A stretch of DNA of 64,000 bases from Clostridia bacterium (lineage in GTDB: Bacteria > Bacillota > Clostridia > Oscillospirales > CAG-272). A model generated the notes under the pieces. The model had not been told where the DNA came from, did no database searches, and worked only from the letters and a program-made list of their open reading frames with translations. The translations under genes were made by a program, and so were the position numbers. Location: positions 22,780-86,779 of the forward strand of contig JAGBTY010000050.1 of NCBI GenBank assembly GCA_017631085.1, read 5' to 3'. Of the stretch, positions 45,615-53,332 are shown in pieces. The first letter of the stretch is position 1; every line of letters begins with the position of its first letter.

Positions 45615-46484
45615 ATGGAAGAAGCTTTTATAAAAATAGAAAACGTATCATATATGTACGAGGAAAACGACGGGTTCGCAAAAATCGATAGATATGCGGT
45701 AAAAAACGTCTCCCTCGAAATAAAAGAGGGCGAATTTGTTGCGGTGCTCGGTCATAATGGCTCCGGCAAGTCAACTCTTGCAAAGCTTATCAATATGATA
45801 TACACCCCCACGTCAGGAAAAATATATATCAAGGGTAGAGATATAACCGATGAAAATATGAGCGACGAGGACATAATGGGGCTCAGAAAAACTGTGGGAA
45901 TGGTATTTCAGAACCCGGATAATCAGCTGGTCGCTACAATAGTTGAAGATGACGTTGCCTTTGGACCTGAAAATCTCGGTATTCCGTCAGAGGAGATACG
46001 TAAACGTGTGGACGATGCTTTGGCTGACGTTGGCATGACGAAATACGCAAACCACGAGCCACACAGACTGTCGGGGGGACAAAAGCAAAGAATTGCCATC
46101 GCGGGAATAATCGCAATGCTTCCCGAATGTATAATCTTTGACGAGTCAACAGCGATGCTTGACCCCGTTGGAAGAAAAGAAGTAATGGAGTCGATAATCA
46201 AGCTCAACAGAGAAAAGAATATAACCGTGCTTATGATAACTCATTACATGGAAGAAGCAGCTTTGGCTGACCGAGTAGTCGTTATCGACGACGGAAGGAT
46301 CATATCCGATGGAAAGCCTATTGAGGTTTTTAAAAAAGAAAAAGAACTCAGAGACTGCGGTTTGTCAGTACCTCAGTGTACAGAGCTTGTTCATTGCCTC
46401 TCTGAAAACGGCTTTGATATAAAGGGCGAATGCGTTGACGTGGTGAGTTGCGCAAATATGATCTTCGAGGCGCTAAATTTATAA
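45615..46484 (+). CDS. ecfA1: Energy-coupling factor transporter ATPase EcfA1
   Basis: I prefer the ATG at 45615. Walker A GHNGSGKST, Q-loop VFQNPDNQ, signature LSGGQKQR, Walker B IIFDESTAMLD and H-loop ITH. Confidence 0.92.
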   Translation: MEEAFIKIENVSYMYEENDGFAKIDRYAVKNVSLEIKEGEFVAVLGHNGSGKSTLAKLINMIYTPTSGKIYIKGRDITDENMSDEDIMGLRKTVGMVFQNPDNQLVATIVEDDVAFGPENLGIPSEEIRKRVDDALADVGMTKYANHEPHRLSGGQKQRIAIAGIIAMLPECIIFDESTAMLDPVGRKEVMESIIKLNREKNITVLMITHYMEEAALADRVVVIDDGRIISDGKPIEVFKKEKELRDCGLSVPQCTELVHCLSENGFDIKGECVDVVSCANMIFEALNL

Positions 46485-46500
46485 ATTTCGGGAGATAGAT

Positions 46501-47370
46501 ATGTCTCGTATTGAACTTATCGATATAGAATATTATCATGGCAAGGATACGCCATATGAGATCCATGCTCTAAAAAATATAAATATTGCAATTCCTGAAG
46601 GGCAGATCACGGGTATAATCGGACATACCGGATCGGGAAAATCCACCCTTGTCCAGCTTTTTAACGGTATATTGAAGTCTCATTCAGGAAAGGTTATGAT
46701 CGATTCTGAAGATATTTGGCAAAAGCCAAAGCAGATAAAGCGATTCAGATATAAGGTCGGTCTCGTTATGCAGTATCCCGAGTATCAGCTTTTTGAGGAT
46801 ACCGTATATAAGGATATAGCATACGGGCCCAAAAACATGGGATTGTCCGAGGAGGAGATAGATAACCGTGTCAGAGAAGCGGCAGCCTTTGCCGGACTTG
46901 ACGCAGAGCTTCTTGAACGTTCCCCCTTTGATCTTTCGGGCGGACAAAAAAGAAGAGCTGCAATTGCGGGTATTATTGCTATGCGCCCTGACGTGCTTGT
47001 TCTTGACGAGCCTGCGGCAGGACTTGATCCGAGAGGAAGAGATTCCATATTCAATAATATCAGAGAGTATCAGAAAACGCTGAATACTACTGTAATAATC
47101 GTAAGTCATAGCATGGAAGATATGGCTCGTCTTTGCGACAGTCTTATCGTTATGCATGATGGCGAGATAGCTATGACAGGAAGCTGCGACGAGGTGTTTT
47201 CCAAAGCAGATGAGCTTGTAAAAATGGGACTTGATATTCCGCAGATCACAAAAGTTATGCAGCTACTGTCTGAAAAAGGAATTGACGTTCCCAAAGGAAT
47301 ATATACGGTAGAGCAAGCCGTGGAATTTTTAAAGAGTTTAAGAAAAAGTAAAAAGGAAGCCTTACAGTAA
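46501..47370 (+). CDS. ecfA2: Energy-coupling factor transporter ATPase EcfA2
   Basis: GHTGSGKST, MQYPEYQLF, LSGGQKRR, LVLDEPAAGLDP and SHSM motifs. Confidence 0.92.
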   Translation: MSRIELIDIEYYHGKDTPYEIHALKNINIAIPEGQITGIIGHTGSGKSTLVQLFNGILKSHSGKVMIDSEDIWQKPKQIKRFRYKVGLVMQYPEYQLFEDTVYKDIAYGPKNMGLSEEEIDNRVREAAAFAGLDAELLERSPFDLSGGQKRRAAIAGIIAMRPDVLVLDEPAAGLDPRGRDSIFNNIREYQKTLNTTVIIVSHSMEDMARLCDSLIVMHDGEIAMTGSCDEVFSKADELVKMGLDIPQITKVMQLLSEKGIDVPKGIYTVEQAVEFLKSLRKSKKEALQ

Positions 47371-48192
47371 ATGAAAAACATTGCATTTGGGCAGTATTAT
47401 CCTGCTCGATCACCGTTGCATAGGCTTGATCCAAGAGTGAAGATCATTTTAACTATTCTTTATATAGTTTGCTCGTTTTTGTGTAAAAACGTGTGGAGCT
47501 TTGCTCTGTTGGCGATATCGAGCATCATGCTTATAATTTTAGGCAGAGTTCCTTTCAAGATAATACTTGGCGGTTTGCGCCCCGTATTGATAGTTTTGAT
47601 ATTTACTTCCATAATAAACGTCTTTTGGACTAAGGGCGAGATATTGCTTCTCGAATGGAGGTTTATACACATATATCTTGAAGGAATTTTCAGCGCGATC
47701 TTTATAATCGTTCGTATATCCTCACTTATAATCGGAACGGGAATGCTTCTCACCTATACCACTACACCCATAGCACTTACCGATGCGCTTGAGGATGTAC
47801 TGTCACCGCTTAAGAAAGTAAAAGTTCCCGTTCACGATTTTGCTATGATGATGACTATAGCTCTTCGCTTTATTCCTACTCTTGTTGAGGAGACAGATAA
47901 AATAATGACCGCCCAAAAAGCAAGAGGAGCAGATTTCTCAAACGGAAATATAATCGACCGTGTAAAAGCGTTGATACCAATAATCATTCCGCTTTTCGTG
48001 TCTGCCTTTAGTAGAGCGGGAGACCTTGCAACTGCAATGGAATGTCGCTGTTATCAGGGAGGCGAGGGAAGAACCAGACTTCATGTAAGGCATATGAGAT
48101 TTAAAGACTTCATTCCGCTTGTTCTTATAGTCGTTTTTGGAACAGGATTGGTTTTACTCAATATATTTGCCCCTGGGTTTACAATGTCATAA
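47371..48192 (+). CDS. ecfT: Energy-coupling factor transporter transmembrane subunit EcfT
   Basis: Polytopic protein with the S.LH.LDPR.K opening and the conserved ARG coupling motifs (AQKARGADF...). Immediately follows ecfA2. Confidence 0.9.
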   Translation: MKNIAFGQYYPARSPLHRLDPRVKIILTILYIVCSFLCKNVWSFALLAISSIMLIILGRVPFKIILGGLRPVLIVLIFTSIINVFWTKGEILLLEWRFIHIYLEGIFSAIFIIVRISSLIIGTGMLLTYTTTPIALTDALEDVLSPLKKVKVPVHDFAMMMTIALRFIPTLVEETDKIMTAQKARGADFSNGNIIDRVKALIPIIIPLFVSAFSRAGDLATAMECRCYQGGEGRTRLHVRHMRFKDFIPLVLIVVFGTGLVLLNIFAPGFTMS

Positions 48193-48217
48193 ATTAACTT
48201 TAAGGAGTCCATGCCCA

Positions 48218-48994
48218 ATGAGTAAAATATTGCTTTACATTTCTTTTGTTGGAACTAATTATTGCGGTTATCAGATACAACCTAACGGAGTAACTATTCA
48301 ACAAAGGCTCAATGAAGCCGCAGAAGCACTTTTTGGGTATCCTTGCGACGTGGTCGGCTGTAGCCGAACAGACAGCGGTGTTCATGCAGCGCAATTTTGC
48401 GCAACCGTATCTAAAAAAGGCGAGGGGCATCTTTTGACGACTGTCCCAACAAATAAAATTCCTCTGGCAATATCAAAGTATTTACCCAGTGATATTTCTG
48501 TTTACCTTGCGCGTGAAGTTGATGATGATTTTCATGCAAGGTATGACGTAGTGTCTAAAGAATATATTTACCGTATCTGGAACAGTCAGGTAAGAAATCC
48601 ATTTGAAGATGGTAGAAGCTATCATTATCCCAAGGCAATTTCAAGGGAATCAATAAATCTTATGAACGAGGCTGCAAAGCATTTTATCGGTACGAAGGAT
48701 TTCACATCATTTATGGCGGCAGATTCCAAGATAGTTGATGCCACCAGAACCGTTTATTCTGCTGAGGTGGAAAGATACGGAGATTTGGTTACGTTCAGAG
48801 TGAGTGCCAACGGTTTTCTTTACAATATGGTCAGGATAATGACGGGAACGCTGCTGGCGGTTGCCGAGGGCAAAATACTACCCGAAAATATAGATGCGAT
48901 CATTGAGTCGAAAGATAGGTCAAGGGCAGGCTTTACAGCTCCGCCTTGTGGGCTTTATCTTAACAAGGTCGAATATAATATAGACCATAAATAA
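48218..48994 (+). CDS. truA: tRNA pseudouridine(38-40) synthase TruA
   Basis: I prefer the ATG at 48218 (AAGGAG upstream). Y.GT.Y.G.Q.Q, the catalytic GCSRTDSGVHA, FHAR, G..DF..F, F.RV.ANGFLYNMVR and APP.GL.L motifs. Confidence 0.93.
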   Translation: MSKILLYISFVGTNYCGYQIQPNGVTIQQRLNEAAEALFGYPCDVVGCSRTDSGVHAAQFCATVSKKGEGHLLTTVPTNKIPLAISKYLPSDISVYLAREVDDDFHARYDVVSKEYIYRIWNSQVRNPFEDGRSYHYPKAISRESINLMNEAAKHFIGTKDFTSFMAADSKIVDATRTVYSAEVERYGDLVTFRVSANGFLYNMVRIMTGTLLAVAEGKILPENIDAIIESKDRSRAGFTAPPCGLYLNKVEYNIDHK

Positions 48995-49014
48995 AATTTA
49001 TCTAAGGAGGGCTT

Positions 49015-50334
49015 ATGGGGGATTTTTTTAACAAGAATAAAGAAAAGAATAATAACGAGTCTCCTAAAAAGACCTCCGATAGAAAATTTTATTCTAAAAT
49101 AACCGATCTTTTCAGTACCGAGCCTCAAAAGGAAAAGGTTTTGCGGCACGAGGATTTTAACGGGGCAGGAGATGTATATTATGCATCTGTTTCTGCAGCA
49201 TATAAGATCGCTTCACGAATTTTGTTGTTGCTATTGGTTATTTTTCTTGTCTTTTCGGTAATTATAAATTATAAACAGATAACATATGATAACTTTTTTT
49301 ATCTGCTGAAGGATTTTTCAGCATCGGTCGATGCTGAAAGTACGAATTATGATACGTTATCCTACGATTCGGATTCAAGGCACTCTTTCTCATTATACAG
49401 AGGAGGACTTGCCATAGTAAATCCTTCGAGACTGACGGCGTTTACGGCTACGGGAAGAAGAACGCTTGACGTTACGTCTGAATTTTCATCTCCTAACGTT
49501 GTCTGTTCGGATAAATACATACTTGTATATGATAGCTCTGACGGATATTTTGCAATATATAATTCCTTTGCAAGAGTGTATTCGGAGACGTCAGAGACGC
49601 TGAAATATCCCGTGACCGATGCTTGCTTCGGTGATGACGGCTCTTTTGCCATAGTAACCAGAAGTGCAGAAAACAAGTCGGTTGTCAGATATTATTCCAA
49701 AAACATGAAAGAAGTTTTTGCAGATAATTCAAATGAGCTTTGCTTGGACGTTCAAATAAACAGCAAACAAAAAATTCTGACTTCGGTACACTATGATGTG
49801 GGTGATAACGGAGGAAAGACCGTAATATCGGTCATAAATAATATTGATGATAAAAATAAAAGAGAAAAGATAGAATATGAGATAAGCGGAGAGTTTCCAA
49901 TTGCATCGCAATTTTTGGATAACGGAAATAAATTTGCGGTTATAACCGACAGATCCATAAAAATATTTAATTTTGATAAAGAATTAAGACAGATCGTATC
50001 TGAAGAATTTTCAGCCAGCTATATTTCAGGCTTTTACGCGGAGAAAAACGGAATAGCGATATCATATGTTTCCGAGTCGAAAAATCATATAATTGTATTT
50101 GACAAATCGGGTGAAATGGTATATAATGATTTAGTGTCGGTAAACGTAAGAGATATCGGATATGATGAATACGTTTTTTTACAGACAGATTCAGGCGTTT
50201 TACGTATGGATATAAGCAAAAATGAAGCTACAAGCATGCTTCTTCAGGCTCAAAGCGGGAAAATGATCGTATATGATCATAAAACGGCTGTAATATGCGG
50301 AGAATCAAAGGCGGAATATGTCGTTTTTGAATAA
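49015..50334 (+). CDS. Hypothetical membrane-anchored protein (single N-terminal TM helix, large extracytoplasmic beta-rich domain)
   Basis: 439 aa with a strong AAGGAGG RBS. TM helix ASRILLLLLVIFLVFSVIINY. I recognise no catalytic motif. Confidence 0.6.
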   Translation: MGDFFNKNKEKNNNESPKKTSDRKFYSKITDLFSTEPQKEKVLRHEDFNGAGDVYYASVSAAYKIASRILLLLLVIFLVFSVIINYKQITYDNFFYLLKDFSASVDAESTNYDTLSYDSDSRHSFSLYRGGLAIVNPSRLTAFTATGRRTLDVTSEFSSPNVVCSDKYILVYDSSDGYFAIYNSFARVYSETSETLKYPVTDACFGDDGSFAIVTRSAENKSVVRYYSKNMKEVFADNSNELCLDVQINSKQKILTSVHYDVGDNGGKTVISVINNIDDKNKREKIEYEISGEFPIASQFLDNGNKFAVITDRSIKIFNFDKELRQIVSEEFSASYISGFYAEKNGIAISYVSESKNHIIVFDKSGEMVYNDLVSVNVRDIGYDEYVFLQTDSGVLRMDISKNEATSMLLQAQSGKMIVYDHKTAVICGESKAEYVVFE

Positions 50335-50376
50335 ATTGTTCAAATTGATTAGATTAATTTAGAGAGGGACATAAAA

Positions 50377-50958
50377 ATGAAGTTAAAGTACATTCCAAAT
50401 ATTTTATCTGTAATAAGGATCTTATTGGTCTTTGTTTTTATATATTTGTTTTTTGTGCCGGAGAATATAGTTGCTGCAATAATCGTTTTTCTTATTGCGG
50501 GACTTACCGACGTAATTGACGGTATTCTTGCAAGAAAAAACAATTGGATAACAAACCTCGGAAAAATACTTGATCCGGTTGCTGATAAATTTATGCAGTT
50601 TACCGTTCTTATAAGCTTCAGTATTAAAGGCTTGTTGCCATGGTGGTTTTCATTGCCTTTCTTCCTGAAAGATATAACGACTCTTATTTTGGGAGCTATA
50701 GTTATAAAGAGAAGGAGCGTGGCTATAGTGAGCAGATGGTACGGAAAGCTTGCGGTATGCTTGTTTTATGCAACGGTTGTATTGTCTGTTATACTTAAGG
50801 ACATTCTTGCAGAAAATATTGCTGCGTCGATCGCTCTTTACATCCCTGCGATAGTGTGCGCGATAGCATCATTCATTGCCTATGTAAAGCATTATGCATA
50901 TCTCAAGCATGAAGAGATAGTAAAAGGAAATTTTCGAAATATCCGAAAGGAATTATAA
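50377..50958 (+). CDS. pgsA: CDP-alcohol phosphatidyltransferase (CDP-diacylglycerol--glycerol-3-phosphate 3-phosphatidyltransferase-like)
   Basis: The signature D(x2)DG(x2)AR(x8)G(x3)D(x3)D is present as TDVIDGILARKNNWITNLGKILDPVADK. Polytopic, 193 aa. Confidence 0.85.
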   Translation: MKLKYIPNILSVIRILLVFVFIYLFFVPENIVAAIIVFLIAGLTDVIDGILARKNNWITNLGKILDPVADKFMQFTVLISFSIKGLLPWWFSLPFFLKDITTLILGAIVIKRRSVAIVSRWYGKLAVCLFYATVVLSVILKDILAENIAASIALYIPAIVCAIASFIAYVKHYAYLKHEEIVKGNFRNIRKEL

Positions 50959-50991
50959 TGCTGACAAGCATTTAAAGATAATTGATAAGTT

Positions 50992-53301
50992 ATGGTTATG
51001 TGTTCAAGATGCCACAAAAGAGTGGCGGTAGTATTTGTTACAAAGCTCGAAAACGGAAATAAAGTAAGCGAGGGCTTATGTATAAAATGTGCCAAGGAAA
51101 TGGGTGTTCCCGTTGATAATATGCTTGGTAACGTTATGAACCAATTCGGTATATCCTCCGATCAGCTTGAATCTATGGAAGACGATATGGTTGGTTTTCT
51201 TGAGGAGATCGGAGAAGCTCCATCCGAGAACGATGACGTTGAGGAGGGCGGAGCTCCCGCTATCGATATTCCGAAATTGTTTAAAGAGGCAGGATTCCCG
51301 GCGCCAAATCAGAATGAGGATCATCAAAAGAAAAAGACCGAAAACAAGGGCAACAAGCCTAAAAAATATAAATTTCTTGATACCTATTGCAGAAATCTGA
51401 CAAAACGTGCCGAGGACGGTAAGCTTGATAAAATAATAGGTCGCGATAAGGAGCTTGAAAGAGTTATACAGATACTCTGTCGCCGCCAAAAAAACAATCC
51501 GTGTCTTATAGGTGAACCGGGTGTAGGAAAAACGGCAATATCCGAAGCATTAGCTCAAAGAATTGCAGACAATGACGTTCCTTATAAGCTTAAAGGAAAA
51601 CAGATATACCTTGTGGATCTTACAGCACTTGTGGCGGGAACTCAATTCAGAGGACAGTTTGAATCAAGAATTTTGGGCCTTTTGAATGAGGTTAAAGAAG
51701 CGGGAAACGTAATACTTGTTATTGACGAGGTGCACAATATAGTCGGTACGGGTGACGCAGAGGGAAGCGTTAATGCGGCAAATATATTAAAACCCGCACT
51801 TTCAAGAGGTGAGGTGCGCATTATTGGCGCGACCACTCTCAATGAATATCGAAAATATATCGAGAAGGATACGGCGCTTGAGAGAAGATTCCAGCCCGTA
51901 ATGGTAAATGAGCCTTCGGTTGAGGAAACGGTAAAGATGCTCGAAGGAATAAAGCATTATTATGAGGAATTTCATTCAATAAAAATTCCCGATGCAGTAG
52001 TTCAAAGATCTGTCGTTCTTTCTGAAAGATATATTATGGACAGATATCTGCCCGATAAGGCGATCGACCTCCTTGACGAAGCGGCATCAAGACTTTCTCT
52101 TACAAGTCCGGCGCTAAACGAGACTCAACAGATAAGAGAAGAGCTTCTTACGTTGCGTGAAAGGAGAGAGACTCTCGAAGCAGACACCCCTGCGGACGAT
52201 AAGGCAGCTCAAAAGAAATATGAAGAGATCGCCGAGATCAAAGCGAGAGAGATACAGCTTTCAGGAAAGCTCAAGGAGCTTGAGCCAACGGTAGAAAATA
52301 TCGTTTTAACCGAATCGGATATAGCCGACGTTATTGAAATATGGACGGGAGTTCCCGCGGCGGATATAACCGAAAATGAATTCAAAAGAATAGATGACCT
52401 TGAGGCGCGTCTCAAATCAAGGATCATAGGACAGGATGAGGCGGTAGTTGCCGTTTCTAAAGCCATAAAGAGAAACAGGGCGGGAATTGCATATAAGCGT
52501 AAGCCTATTTCGTTTATTTTTGCAGGACCTACGGGAGTTGGAAAGACAGAGCTTGTAAAGACACTTGCTTCCGACCTTTTCCATTCACCCGAAACACTTA
52601 TTCGACTTGACATGTCGGAATTTATGGAGAAGCATTCTGTATCGAGAATAATCGGAGCGCCTCCCGGATACGTTGGATACGACGAAGCAGGACAGCTTAC
52701 CGAAAAAATAAGAAGAAGACCCTATTCCGTGGTGCTCTTCGACGAGATAGAAAAAGCACATCCCGACGTATTGAATATCATGCTTCAGATACTTGACGAC
52801 GGAAGAATAACCGACGCAAGAGGAAAGACTGTCAATTTTGAAAATACGGTTATAGTTATGACGACCAATGCAGGCTCGGATCACTCGTCGTCAACAGTAG
52901 GATTTTATAATGATACTGCCAAAGCAAATTCAGATAAAACCATGAAAGCGTTATCTGCGTTTTTGAGACCTGAATTTATTAACCGCGTAGACGAAGTGAT
53001 AACCTTTAATTCTTTGACAGAAGATAATTTTCGTGCTATTGCCAAAATTATGCTGGGTGAGCTTAAAATTGCGCTCGGTGAAAAGGGAATCGATTTTTCG
53101 TATTCAGACAAGGCTGTCAAGTATATTGCCGAAAACTCATTCTCTCAAAAATTTGGCGCGAGAAATATGAGAAGGTTCATAACGAGCAACGTAGAAGATC
53201 TGATCGCCGAAAAAATAATTGCGGATTATTCTCATACTATTTCTTCGGTAATGCTTGAATATTCCGAAAAGCAAAAAAATCTTACCGTTAAATGTCTGTA
53301 A
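50992..53301 (+). CDS. Clp/Hsp100 AAA+ ATPase, ClpE-like (N-terminal zinc ribbon instead of Clp_N repeats)
   Basis: N-terminal CSRCHK...CIKCAKE (CxxC-x21-CxxC) and an acidic linker. D1: GEPGVGKTA and VIDEVH. Short coiled-coil middle domain. D2: GPTGVGKTE and LFDEIEKAH. VGF tripeptide (SSTVGFYN) at the position of the ClpP-docking loop. Confidence 0.85.
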   Translation: MVMCSRCHKRVAVVFVTKLENGNKVSEGLCIKCAKEMGVPVDNMLGNVMNQFGISSDQLESMEDDMVGFLEEIGEAPSENDDVEEGGAPAIDIPKLFKEAGFPAPNQNEDHQKKKTENKGNKPKKYKFLDTYCRNLTKRAEDGKLDKIIGRDKELERVIQILCRRQKNNPCLIGEPGVGKTAISEALAQRIADNDVPYKLKGKQIYLVDLTALVAGTQFRGQFESRILGLLNEVKEAGNVILVIDEVHNIVGTGDAEGSVNAANILKPALSRGEVRIIGATTLNEYRKYIEKDTALERRFQPVMVNEPSVEETVKMLEGIKHYYEEFHSIKIPDAVVQRSVVLSERYIMDRYLPDKAIDLLDEAASRLSLTSPALNETQQIREELLTLRERRETLEADTPADDKAAQKKYEEIAEIKAREIQLSGKLKELEPTVENIVLTESDIADVIEIWTGVPAADITENEFKRIDDLEARLKSRIIGQDEAVVAVSKAIKRNRAGIAYKRKPISFIFAGPTGVGKTELVKTLASDLFHSPETLIRLDMSEFMEKHSVSRIIGAPPGYVGYDEAGQLTEKIRRRPYSVVLFDEIEKAHPDVLNIMLQILDDGRITDARGKTVNFENTVIVMTTNAGSDHSSSTVGFYNDTAKANSDKTMKALSAFLRPEFINRVDEVITFNSLTEDNFRAIAKIMLGELKIALGEKGIDFSYSDKAVKYIAENSFSQKFGARNMRRFITSNVEDLIAEKIIADYSHTISSVMLEYSEKQKNLTVKCL

Positions 53302-53332
53302 CCTAAATGATAGTTAAGGAATTTTATATTTA

